This document shows, piece by piece, positions 1 through 7,311 of a DNA stretch of 43,506 nucleotides. Made by a program: the position numbers and the translations under genes. The stretch covers positions 1 through 43,506 of IMG/VR virus record IMGVR_UViG_3300045988_179274; one strand, given 5' to 3'. This stretch comes from a virus. Under the pieces are notes generated by a model. It made no database searches. It saw nothing but the letters and a program-made list of their open reading frames with translations, and was not told where the DNA came from. The stretch's first letter is position 1, and every line of letters begins with the position of its first letter.

Positions 1-119
1 GAACGCGCCTTGCGCCGTTGAGGTGAGCTGCTAAGAGTGGCAAAAACAGGGGCAAATTTAAAAAACCAAGCCAATTACGCTGACATTTGGGTAGGGTTCG
101 AATCCCCATGGGGACGCCA
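1..119. repeat. Terminal direct repeat, left copy (exact match to 43388..43506)
   Basis: Base-by-base identity of gaacgcgccttgcgccgttgagg...ccccatggggacgcca at both window ends. Confidence 0.95.
92..119 (+). other. tRNA 3'-end fragment (T-arm, acceptor 3' strand, discriminator G, CCA), Glu-tRNA-like; probable att core
   Basis: TAGGG-TTCGAAT-CCCCA T-arm (one A:C mismatch), TGGGGAC acceptor strand, then G and CCA. No matching 5' acceptor strand (GTCCCCA) is present upstream, so this is a fragment and not a gene. Confidence 0.6.
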
Positions 120-130
120 CCGCCAAACAC

Positions 131-158
131 AAGGCCTGCACTCGCAGGCCTTTGTTTT
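131..158 (+). terminator. Rho-independent terminator following the tRNA-like fragment
   Basis: AGGCCTGC-ACTC-GCAGGCCT hairpin followed by TTTGTTTT. Confidence 0.7.
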
Positions 159-220
159 ACCTTCTTTTTTCCTAAAACCCTTGATCCGCGCGGCTTTTGG
201 AGCGCTTCCTAACGTCCGCA

Positions 221-240
221 TACTCCCGACTACTCCCGAC
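221..240. repeat. Tandem 10-mer TACTCCCGAC x2
   Basis: Exact tandem duplication between the att fragment and int. Confidence 0.8.
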
Positions 241-285
241 TGGTAACGGTTCAAAAGATCCAAAACCCGTATACTTTTGGTCAAA

Positions 286-331
286 ACGGGGGCAAAAAAC
301 GGGGGCAAGGATTTTTCCAAAACGGGGGCAA
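286..331. promoter_or_regulatory. Three direct copies of ACGGGGGCAA just upstream of the int start (candidate arm-type / regulatory sites)
   Basis: Copies at 286..295, 299..308 and 322..331. A variant, ACAGGGGCAA, lies at 46..55 inside the terminal repeat. Confidence 0.5.
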
Positions 332-334
332 AAA

Positions 335-1423
335 ATGGCGTCTCTTAAGGTCAGAAAACGCGGGGAAAAAGAATATTGGTACGCTCGGGTCCAGAGGTCG
401 GGAAAGGCGTTCGAAAAGTGCATCGGCCTCAAGTCGTCGATCAGCAAGACGGAGGCCACACTTCGACTGGCCGACTTCATCCGTGAGGTAGAGTCGGGGG
501 CCGTTGAGACGCTGAAAAAGCGTGTCACTTTCGCGGAGCTGTGGGAAAAAGCGCTTGCTTCCATTGCCGAGGTTAAGTGCTGGAAAAATCCAAAGACGAT
601 TGTTTCCTGGCGATTGTCCTTTGGCGTCTATGCGTGCCGAGCTTTTGGCGGCAAACCGGTAAGCGCTATTACGAGAGACGATATCGTCGCGCTACTGAAG
701 CCAATCTGGGCGACGAAGACGGCGACGGCATCAAAGGTGCGCGTCCGTATGGAAACGTTTTTCGCCTGGGCGATCGCAAGCGGCTACTACTCGCAGCCGA
801 ACCCCGCAGTCTGGAAAGGCAATCTTGACCTCTTCCTGCCCCCAAAGTCGAAGGTTCACCAGGAAGACCACCACGAGGCGCCCGAGATGGATGAGTTGCG
901 CAAAGCCGTCCGGTACTGCCTCGCACATCCGTCGCCTGCGAGCGGCCTGCTTCTTTTTGTGATCGCGACCGTCTCGCGAGTGAGTGAGGCACGTCTGGCG
1001 CGGCCGCGTGAAATCGAAAATGCTGTTTGGGAATTGCCGGCAGAACGCCGTAAAGATGGGAAAGATGAGCCGCACCGGGTGCCGCTGTCGAAGCTTGCAA
1101 GTCTTGCTTTGACGATGCGCTCGAGTGAGGGCGACTATCTTTTTAGTGCTGATGGCAGAAAGCCCCTGGCGCTCGATACGGCGCGCCTGAAGCTTTGCAT
1201 GATTCTTGACCGAAAGGTGACCGTTCATGGAATACGGTCTACCTTCCGCGATTGGGCGGCCGTTTCCGGCATCGATTTTGTCGCTGCCGAAAAGGCGCTG
1301 ATGCATTCGGTGGGAAGCGCCGTGACGCGAGCGTACCTGCGAGAGGATATGCTCGACGCCAGGCGCGAAATTATGGAGAAATGGGCCGACGCGCTGCTCA
1401 TTGCTGAAAAGCACTCGCCCTAA
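335..1423 (+). CDS. int: Tyrosine recombinase / phage integrase
   Basis: ORF 197..1423 trimmed to ATG 335, because the upstream part is translated DNA repeats. Motifs: SRVSEAR, HGIRSTFRDW, TRAYLR (R..HxxR..Y). It lies next to the att fragment. Confidence 0.9.
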   Translation: MASLKVRKRGEKEYWYARVQRSGKAFEKCIGLKSSISKTEATLRLADFIREVESGAVETLKKRVTFAELWEKALASIAEVKCWKNPKTIVSWRLSFGVYACRAFGGKPVSAITRDDIVALLKPIWATKTATASKVRVRMETFFAWAIASGYYSQPNPAVWKGNLDLFLPPKSKVHQEDHHEAPEMDELRKAVRYCLAHPSPASGLLLFVIATVSRVSEARLARPREIENAVWELPAERRKDGKDEPHRVPLSKLASLALTMRSSEGDYLFSADGRKPLALDTARLKLCMILDRKVTVHGIRSTFRDWAAVSGIDFVAAEKALMHSVGSAVTRAYLREDMLDARREIMEKWADALLIAEKHSP

Positions 1424-1613
1424 CGTTTTTTTCGGTGGCGGCGCGCATCTTCTCCATTGCCATGACGACCGACCGGCGGAACCAGACGTTTTTGCGTCCG
1501 CGTCGGATCGGCGCGGGGAGGCGATGTTCGCGCACCTCTTGGCGCAATTTGTCTTCTCCATACCCAAGAAATCGGCACATTGCTTTGACGTCCAAAAATT
1601 CGTTCTCTTCCAT
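1398..1613 (-). CDS. xis: AlpA/excisionase-type helix-turn-helix protein
   Basis: 71 aa with LDVKAMCRFLGYGEDKLRQEV..LPAPIRRGRKNVWFRRSVV, the typical AlpA/Xis wHTH pattern. Convergent with int, overlapping its 3' end. Confidence 0.7.
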   Translation of the reverse strand: MEENEFLDVKAMCRFLGYGEDKLRQEVREHRLPAPIRRGRKNVWFRRSVVMAMEKMRAATEKNVRASAFQQ

Positions 1614-1693
1614 TTGTCCCTCTATCGAAAAAAAATCCCGAGGGCGTTCGGCTCTCGGGGTTGTGGTTTTGATGCTGCTGGCGGCCTAAGAGG

Positions 1694-2143
1694 TTACGGT
1701 TTATATGGGGCGGGCAGCTCTGCCCAAGCGACAACGTTTTCGAATTGGGCAAACGCTTGAGACTGTGCGTTAAACATTTCAACTTCGTACTTTCCATCGG
1801 AAAGTGCGACCAAAAACGCTCCTTCCTTTGAAGGGAGACCGTTTTTCACTTCGTGCCAGAATGCACTTTCTCCCTTGGTTTCGTCAAACAAGGGAAAAGT
1901 CGTCCAAGCGACTACGCAGCCGCAGTCGTAAAAGAACCAATCATCGATGCCGGACAAGATCCCATATTCATCGAGATCAACTTTGCCGTTGCTTGTGGTG
2001 ACAAGGCAAACGCTGCCTCGCTCAGGCTGTTTGCCTGTTGGCATGGTTCTAGGAGCTTGCAGACGATGCTTGACTCGCTGCTCGAACTCTTCTGGCGTTG
2101 CCAATCTGGTCCCGACGGGGTTCCAAACAAAATTCTCGGTCAT
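1694..2143 (-). CDS. Hypothetical protein (possibly DUF551-like, two W-containing half repeats)
   Basis: 149-aa ORF with non-biased composition. The family call is weak. Confidence 0.6.
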   Translation of the reverse strand: MTENFVWNPVGTRLATPEEFEQRVKHRLQAPRTMPTGKQPERGSVCLVTTSNGKVDLDEYGILSGIDDWFFYDCGCVVAWTTFPLFDETKGESAFWHEVKNGLPSKEGAFLVALSDGKYEVEMFNAQSQAFAQFENVVAWAELPAPYKP

Positions 2144-2252
2144 CAGAGTGTTTCCTTGTACGGTTCAGGCATTTCCGCCCAGGTCGTGGGCGGTGATTTT
2201 TGGGTATGTAAAAAATAAGGTTGGAAATTGGTTGTAGGATTGGAATTGTCTT

Positions 2253-2585
2253 TCAGCATTCGCTTTCCTCCTCATTACCATCCAGCCTGTTGATGGTTCG
2301 CTGGGGCTTGAATATCTCGATACTGCGCACCATCCTGGCGGCGTCGTATGCAGGCTCAAAGCGCTGCTGCACGAGGTAGACAACCTGCTCGAGAATCACG
2401 CGCACGTCGGCAATTTCCTCGAGCAGGTTCGACAGGCGGCCCCGCTTGTCGCGTCTTTCGTCGTCCAGGTGGCAGATGGCCACAATGCACTCTGCAAGCT
2501 CTTCGGTCGCTTTCCGCATCTGATGCTCGTAGCCGTAGTGGTCAGCGATGCGCTTCAGTCTTTCGTCAATTTTTCGGTCCTTCAA
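2253..2585 (-). CDS. MazG-like nucleotide pyrophosphohydrolase-like small protein
   Basis: ORF 2253..2831 trimmed to TTG 2585, which is preceded by AGGAGA. The upstream part is Arg-rich shadow of the neighbouring gene. Motifs EELAECIVAI and EEIADVRVILEQV resemble MazG helices. Confidence 0.5.
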   Translation of the reverse strand: MKDRKIDERLKRIADHYGYEHQMRKATEELAECIVAICHLDDERRDKRGRLSNLLEEIADVRVILEQVVYLVQQRFEPAYDAARMVRSIEIFKPQRTINRLDGNEEESEC

Positions 2586-3076
2586 GACATTTCTCCTGCG
2601 AGTCGAAGCGCGTAGGTGCAGCGGTTGACGCGCGCCATGCGCTCGATGATCGATTGAATCTCTTTGGTGTTTTCCAGTTCGCGTCGAAGCTCTTCGCGTG
2701 ACGCGCTCTCGTAATTTTTCCGCGGCGGCGCAAGCATGCCCGCTTCTTGTGCTGTCGGTCGGGGAGGGTAAAGAGACACTCTCGCGAAGTCGAAGCCGTA
2801 AGCGCACGACGCCTTCAGGCATTCCTTGCAAACCGTGTCAGCGTCGATTTGAGCTTTCGGATTTACGTACGCCCAGTAGGGCCGGCGGCCGTCCGAGACG
2901 TTGGTTTTCGGGAGCTCGATTTTGAACCTCCCCCACCCGTGGGCTTTCCTGAGGGATTCTGCGAGCATAAAACGACCGCTTCGCTTGGGCGTGTTGAAGT
3001 CGACGAAAAACACCGCCACGCTGCTGCTGAAAAAAGCGGCGTCAGCGTAACTCTTTGCGGAACCTTTCACTTGCAT
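2582..3076 (-). CDS. Hypothetical protein
   Basis: 164-aa ORF in the leftward operon. Its stop overlaps the next start (ATGTCTTGA context). Confidence 0.6.
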   Translation of the reverse strand: MQVKGSAKSYADAAFFSSSVAVFFVDFNTPKRSGRFMLAESLRKAHGWGRFKIELPKTNVSDGRRPYWAYVNPKAQIDADTVCKECLKASCAYGFDFARVSLYPPRPTAQEAGMLAPPRKNYESASREELRRELENTKEIQSIIERMARVNRCTYALRLAGEMS

Positions 3077-3638
3077 CTCCTACTTGCGGGAGTCTCCCGC
3101 ACTTTTTTCTGAGTTCGCGGTAATGCGTGATCTTGCGATTGAGCCACATGACTCTATCAACCGCCTCTACGGGCATGTCGTCCATGTCTTCGCTCACCAT
3201 GAAAATGTCGAGCACGCGCACGGGGTCGGCATCGAGGGCTGCGTTGAGGACGACACCCGCGATCTGGATGCCGTTGCGGATAGCCTCAACCTCATCTCCC
3301 GTTGCCGTGTAGTGCCCGAGCTTTTCGCCTCGCTTCTCGAGACTCGAGACGGCCTTCTGCAGCGCAACCCATTCGTCGGCGTATGTCTCGATGCAGTAAT
3401 CCGAGTCGATTCCATAGGCGGCATACAGGCAGAAGGTGACGAGCGTCACCATCTTGTGCAGGTGGATCATCTCTTCTCGGCTCATCTGTCCCGTGTGCAG
3501 CTTGAGCTCGACGGCCAGCTCGATACGTCTGTAGTCTTCCTTGACCTGTGCCAGGGACGCTTCGGTGAATGTCTGAGGCGCCTTCAAGTACTTCGTTGGG
3601 TTGTAGTGCTTGGTGCGCTTTTTATTTGGCTTTGGCAT
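3042..3638 (-). CDS. Hypothetical protein
   Basis: ORF 3042..4019 trimmed to ATG 3638 (MPKPNKKRTKHY...). The upstream part overlaps the P63C gene and two terminators. Confidence 0.6.
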   Translation of the reverse strand: MPKPNKKRTKHYNPTKYLKAPQTFTEASLAQVKEDYRRIELAVELKLHTGQMSREEMIHLHKMVTLVTFCLYAAYGIDSDYCIETYADEWVALQKAVSSLEKRGEKLGHYTATGDEVEAIRNGIQIAGVVLNAALDADPVRVLDIFMVSEDMDDMPVEAVDRVMWLNRKITHYRELRKKCGRLPQVGDASERFRKELR

Positions 3639-3650
3639 TTCTGCCTCTCG

Positions 3651-3677
3651 AAAAAAAAAGCCCCGCGATTGCGAGGC
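3651..3677 (-). terminator. Rho-independent terminator (minus strand)
   Basis: Minus-strand RNA GCCUCGC-AAUC-GCGGGGC followed by a 9-U run. Confidence 0.65.
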
Positions 3678-3690
3678 TGTGTGTGGGTAC

Positions 3691-3713
3691 GAAAAAGCCG
3701 CCCGGAGGCGGCT
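3691..3713 (-). terminator. Rho-independent terminator after the P63C gene
   Basis: Minus-strand RNA AGCCGCC-UCCG-GGCGGCU followed by UUUUU. It shares the 13-mer AAAAAGCCGCCCG with 4819..4831 and 5845..5857. Confidence 0.7.
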
Positions 3714-3730
3714 CAAAAAAGAATTAGAGG

Positions 3731-4693
3731 TTAAGAATTCGGCTCCAAGGGCAGTGTCATTTGACCGCCAAATCGGTCGACAATCTTTTGTTCGTACTCT
3801 TCCCTGGTTTGAGATGATTCGGCCATCTCCAAAACTCTGCCAAGCTGGAAACGAAGCGCCTTGGTGCCGATGTCGCTCAGGAACTGGAACAACTTCTTGT
3901 TTGTGCCGGTATCGTGACTGTGTTTTTGTTCTCGTAAGAGCTTCAAAATTCTCCCGTTGCTTTTTGCCAACGGCGTGTATACATGAGCGATTGTGAGAGA
4001 CTTGAACTTCCAAGGCCATCCGCGCTCAGGCATAGGAATGTCATACAGTCGCGTCCATTCCTGATACAACTCTATTGGGAATTCGCTTTCGTATCGTTTT
4101 GCTTCCTCTTGAACAAAGCGTCGGAAAGCGATCAGGAATTGTTCTTTGGTAGAGTCAAGTCCAACAACCTTGTAAATAAGTTCCTGAATGCCTAGCTTTG
4201 CGCAAGCTCCAGTGATAATCGTTGCGGCTCGAATGAGGTGTTGTTGGTTTTTTGTGAGCTTCCCATCCTCGTTGGCCTTGATGATCGCTCTGCAAACGTC
4301 TATAAGGATCGTCACGTCGTAGCCGTAGACCTCAACTTCGGGGCCATTGAGGGAGCTCTGAAATACAAGGGGTTTTTGAACTTTTTTAGAAAGTTCCGGC
4401 CCAGCATAAGCGCTTATTGTTTTCCCGCTCATGAACCGAATGAAAGCGGTTCCGCCGCCCCCCATCAACCCCAACGCTACTGCCACTCCTCTCTGGCTTA
4501 TGACGGCGGTTCGATTATCGTCGTTCAGGACGTAGCAATCGACATCAACCCCCAAGTCCTTCTGAAGGTTTCCGAAATACAGCGCTTTCAGATGCCGATA
4601 TTGAGCTGCTTTTCTAGCGATTTCGCTTCTATCTTTCGGAGTCAGAGATTTTGCTCTTGCCTTTCCTCCTTTTGATTGTTTTGTGTCTTGCAT
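3731..4693 (-). CDS. P63C-domain phage protein
   Basis: N-terminal KGGKARAKSLTPKDRSEIARKAA, then CYVLNDDNRTAVISQRGVAVALG, which I recall as the P63C family pattern. ATG 4693 was chosen over the TTG at 4735. The region looks AT-richer by eye. Confidence 0.6.
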   Translation of the reverse strand: MQDTKQSKGGKARAKSLTPKDRSEIARKAAQYRHLKALYFGNLQKDLGVDVDCYVLNDDNRTAVISQRGVAVALGLMGGGGTAFIRFMSGKTISAYAGPELSKKVQKPLVFQSSLNGPEVEVYGYDVTILIDVCRAIIKANEDGKLTKNQQHLIRAATIITGACAKLGIQELIYKVVGLDSTKEQFLIAFRRFVQEEAKRYESEFPIELYQEWTRLYDIPMPERGWPWKFKSLTIAHVYTPLAKSNGRILKLLREQKHSHDTGTNKKLFQFLSDIGTKALRFQLGRVLEMAESSQTREEYEQKIVDRFGGQMTLPLEPNS

Positions 4694-4729
4694 ATAGATA
4701 CCACATGAATTAAATACATGTGCAAATTC

Positions 4730-4762
4730 TAGCAAGCATGCGAGAAAATATCTTGCTTGCTA
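4730..4762. promoter_or_regulatory. 9-bp perfect inverted repeat TAGCAAGCA-N15-TGCTTGCTA upstream of the P63C gene (operator-like)
   Basis: Read directly from the sequence. It lies in the AT-rich promoter region of the minus-strand gene. Confidence 0.45.
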
Positions 4763-4840
4763 AAAAATTGCCCAATATAAGCGCAAAGCCCGAGTGTTCC
4801 AGACTTGAAGAGAGTGCGAAAAAGCCGCCCGGGGGAGACC

Positions 4841-4878
4841 CAAAAAGAAAGAGCCCCTGACATGGTCAGGAGCCCTTT
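4841..4878 (-). terminator. Rho-independent terminator after hicB
   Basis: Minus-strand hairpin GGCUCCUGAC-CAUG-UCAGGGGCUC (imperfect) followed by UUUCUUUUU. Confidence 0.6.
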
Positions 4879-4905
4879 CAGTGTTCGTTTCGAAGGGACG
4901 ATGAG

Positions 4906-5340
4906 TTATGCAGAAGAAACAGAAACGTTCAGCTGGCGGTTCAAAGCATAAAGGGCTCGGGCAATAGTGTCAATTTTGGTCGCATGATGCAGATCGGTTA
5001 TGCGATTGACCTCTTGTCGAGAAACGCCCAATTTTTTGGCTAGGTCGACGGGGCGTGTCTTTGTTTCGACCATAGCATTTAAGAGCAGGACTTTAGCGAT
5101 GACGGAAGGAGGCAATTCTACGATTAGGTCTTCTGGGGAAGCGCTGGATGGGTTAGGGAACGGACGCTGCTCTTCGATGTAAAAATCGATGGCTGTAATA
5201 AGTGCGTCCAGCGCGTTAGCTTTAAGTTCCTCCATGGTGGCTGCTTCGGTCAAAGCTTCAGGGACATCCTTGAAGGAAGCAATAAATCCGCCATCGCCGT
5301 TCGGCTCAACTTGCGCGGGAAAGCGGAAAGCAGACGACAC
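4906..5340 (-). CDS. hicB: HicB antitoxin (N-terminal HicB fold + C-terminal Xre-type HTH)
   Basis: Colinear with my memory of E. coli HicB: FPAQVEP..GGFIASFKDVPEALTEA..., LLLNAM..., ITDLHHATKIDTIARAL. GTG 5340 with AAGGA upstream gives 144 aa. The alternative start at 5403/5406 lacks an SD. Confidence 0.85.
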   Translation of the reverse strand: MSSAFRFPAQVEPNGDGGFIASFKDVPEALTEAATMEELKANALDALITAIDFYIEEQRPFPNPSSASPEDLIVELPPSVIAKVLLLNAMVETKTRPVDLAKKLGVSRQEVNRITDLHHATKIDTIARALYALNRQLNVSVSSA

Positions 5341-5415
5341 GGCAAATTTTCCTTTTCTTTTTCCGCTGATGATATCGAGGGGGAGCCACCCCCCTCGGTT
5401 CATCAAACGAACTTG

Positions 5416-5595
5416 TTAACTAGGTAACCCAAGTTGTCTTTTGATCTTCTTTGCGAACGCGTCGGAGATCTCTTGGCTTGGGTGCCGCGGGCAAGTGGCT
5501 TGCTTGCCTTTGTAGTAGAGCTTGAGGTGGCGGGTGCCGTTCTCAATCCTTACCCCTGCGGCCCTTAGTTCGTCGATGAAGGTTTTATGCTTCAT
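5416..5595 (-). CDS. hicA: HicA mRNA-interferase toxin
   Basis: MKHKTFIDELRAAGVRIENGTRHLKLYYKGKQATCPRHPSQEI...KRQLGL matches the HicA pattern. ATG 5595 lies 6 nt after AGGAG. Confidence 0.85.
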   Translation of the reverse strand: MKHKTFIDELRAAGVRIENGTRHLKLYYKGKQATCPRHPSQEISDAFAKKIKRQLGLPS

Positions 5596-5623
5596 AGGCA
5601 TCTCCTTCAAAACGAACACTGCA

Positions 5624-5652
5624 ACTGTACACATATTTGTGCACGTTGTCAA
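5624..5652 (-). promoter_or_regulatory. Sigma70-type promoter of hicAB with an imperfect inverted repeat in the spacer
   Basis: Minus strand TTGACA-17 nt-TACAGT. The spacer contains GTGCACA-AATA-TGTGTAC, a candidate HicB operator. Confidence 0.65.
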
Positions 5653-5844
5653 CAAAAATGATTGCAAAAGTCTCGCTGGGGCGGCTTGGTGATTAGTTCA
5701 GAAGGAAGGCCGCCGCCTGCGCAGTACCCTACGCTTGCACACATCACAGACGGCGGCCGAAGGGGTTACGGGTGGGGAGGCTCTGGCAACTCTGCCCAGG
5801 CCGTGACACACCAGCCCTTATCGGTGCCATCCCAGTCGAGCAGC

Positions 5845-5866
5845 AAAAAGCCGCCCGAAGGCGGCT
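5845..5866 (-). terminator. Rho-independent terminator after the Rha/antirepressor gene
   Basis: Minus-strand RNA AGCCGCC-UUCG-GGCGGCU followed by UUUUU. Confidence 0.7.
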
Positions 5867-5877
5867 TACTGAGTTGC

Positions 5878-6639
5878 TTACGCAGCGTCAAACTTCAGAG
5901 TCGGCTCAAGCAGCCCGTCTTTAGCCAGCTTCTCGCAGATGTACTGCAAGCCCTTTGCGGTGAGGTGGCAGTACGGCTTTTCCTGCGGGTTCCCGTTCGA
6001 GTCGGTCCAGTGGGCGTAGCGCAGGACCGCGCGGCCGGCAAGGATGTGCTCCTGCTTTGGCGTGTCCGCGCTCGCGTAGAGAAACCCGATCTGCCGCATG
6101 TAGTCCTTGAACTTGCGGGGCGGGTAGCCGATGACCTTTGCCGCGTTGGTGATTGTCATCGACTCGTTGGCCGCCATGATCCTATCGAGGTAGCTGATCT
6201 TGGGCTCGTCTTCCTTGACCTTCAGCGCGAGGGTCTGATTCTTTTCGGCGAGGTCCGCGGCAAGTCGCAGTGCCTCGGGCAGGCTCTGGGGGATTTGCTG
6301 AGCGCGGCTCTTGGAGAGTTCGTCCCGGCACTGACGGAACGCCTGCACGAGACGGATCTTGAGCTTGCGGGCGATCTCGGTGTTTTTCAGGAAAGTGAAG
6401 AGCAGTGTTGTCTGATCTTCGTTGAGCCAGGCAACCTCGGTTGCCTTCGCAAACCCGCCCTGGGGGAGCGCTTTACCCTTCCGCGTTTCAAATGCGATAG
6501 GGCCAAACGCTTCAAAATCAGGGATGTACTTGCGGATTAGCTCGAGGACATTCTTATGCTGGACATTGACGCCATCGGCGATTGTGATAGAGTCGACGAC
6601 GGCCACGCCGTCATTGTTGATGGTGATGAGTTCTTGCAT
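5878..6639 (-). CDS. Rha-family phage regulatory protein with C-terminal KilAC/ANT antirepressor domain
   Basis: N-terminal ...NDGVAVVDSITIADGVNVQHKNVLELIRKY... (pRha-like). C-terminal ISYLDRIMAANESMTITNAAKVIG... (KilAC-like). Confidence 0.75.
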   Translation of the reverse strand: MQELITINNDGVAVVDSITIADGVNVQHKNVLELIRKYIPDFEAFGPIAFETRKGKALPQGGFAKATEVAWLNEDQTTLLFTFLKNTEIARKLKIRLVQAFRQCRDELSKSRAQQIPQSLPEALRLAADLAEKNQTLALKVKEDEPKISYLDRIMAANESMTITNAAKVIGYPPRKFKDYMRQIGFLYASADTPKQEHILAGRAVLRYAHWTDSNGNPQEKPYCHLTAKGLQYICEKLAKDGLLEPTLKFDAA

Positions 6640-6641
6640 GA

Positions 6642-6917
6642 TTATTCCTCTTCGATTTCGGTTGCGTTGTGAATGACTTCGAGCGTCTCGAGCAGGGAGG
6701 CGCAGAGACGGATAGCGTCGGTCGCAGACTGGATGTCGAGCAACGAGCTTTTTGAGAGAAGAGCGTCGGATAGGGCGGTCATAACCGCCTGACAGCCGCG
6801 AGAAATTTCGGAACGCGCGGTGGAGAGGTCTTCGGATGCCAAATCGCCGGTGATGGCGTGGCTTACAGCGAACGCGAGGTCGTATGTCCTCAGTTCGGAG
6901 GATGATGTGGCTTGCAT
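6642..6917 (-). CDS. Hypothetical protein, first gene of the antirepressor operon
   Basis: 91-aa ORF. AGGAG lies 7 nt before the ATG. Its stop sits 2 nt before the Rha gene start. Confidence 0.6.
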   Translation of the reverse strand: MQATSSSELRTYDLAFAVSHAITGDLASEDLSTARSEISRGCQAVMTALSDALLSKSSLLDIQSATDAIRLCASLLETLEVIHNATEIEEE

Positions 6918-7163
6918 GGCAAGACTCCTGTAGTGTTTTTTAGGAGCCTCGCGCCACTTTCTGACGGTGGTGAGCGAGGCACTGCGGGGTCAGAAAACCG
7001 CCCTACAGGACACGGCCAGCACGAAGCTGCCCGCAGGCCTCACCCATGAAGGTGATGCGTGCGCACAAAAAATCCGCTCAGACGAGTGAACGAAAGGCGG
7101 TTATGTGCGCCTGTAGGTGTCATCCGGGTTTCTGACGCCCGATCACGCTTTTTACTCGCGTGA
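6918..7163 (-). promoter_or_regulatory. About 245-nt structured 5' leader of the antirepressor operon
   Basis: There is no ORF. Long-range pairing joins 6986..7009 with 7110..7140. Local hairpins lie at 6945..6979 and 7141..7165. CTCCT pairs with the AGGAG SD near 6925..6945. Confidence 0.5.
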
Positions 7164-7170
7164 CGGAGTG

Positions 7171-7200
7171 ATTATGCGACATGAGGTGTTCTCCTGTCAA
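7171..7200 (-). promoter_or_regulatory. Sigma70-type promoter (leftward) for the antirepressor operon
   Basis: Minus strand TTGACA (7200..7195)-18 nt-CATAAT (7176..7171). Confidence 0.6.
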
Positions 7201-7275
7201 CTCTAAAATGGCGGCAGGGACATGCCAGAGAGCCGCGCGGAGGCGGGGCTGTTACAAAAAAGTGTTTCGGTCACG

Positions 7276-7305
7276 TTGACAAAAAGCCTTGGAGACCGCT
7301 ACATT
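7276..7305 (+). promoter_or_regulatory. Sigma70-type promoter (rightward), divergent from the 7171..7200 promoter
   Basis: TTGACA (7276..7281)-18 nt-TACATT (7300..7305). Confidence 0.6.
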
Positions 7306-7311
7306 TTCAGT

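Noticed and set aside
1-119. tmRNA (ssrA) 3' end as the integration target. The repeat is longer than a tRNA, and the translated upstream stretch reads ...ANYA...
   Set aside because: The acceptor 3' strand is TGGGGAC-G-CCA, so position 70 is G. The universal tmRNA/tRNA-Ala G3:U70 pair is therefore impossible. The ANYA-like stretch lies only ~40 nt from the T-arm and has no in-frame stop.
44-119. Intact tRNA gene at either end of the window.
   Set aside because: No GTCCCCA 5' acceptor strand is present. The putative anticodon stem (GCCAA/GACAT) does not pair, and no D-arm is present. Only the T-arm and acceptor 3' strand are tRNA-like.
197-334. N-terminal extension of the integrase ORF (start at 197).
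   Set aside because: The extension is a translation of the tandem DNA repeats (KRGQK twice). ATG 335 gives a normal integrase N-terminus (MASLKVRKRGEKEYWY...).
2173-2200. Plus-strand terminator-like hairpin CCGCCC-AGGTCGT-GGGCGG followed by TGATTTTT in a minus-strand operon, with nearby GGAAATTGG / GGATTGGAATTG repeats.
   Set aside because: There is no plus-strand gene or promoter upstream for it to terminate, and it is not functional on the minus strand (an A-run precedes it). It was treated as incidental.
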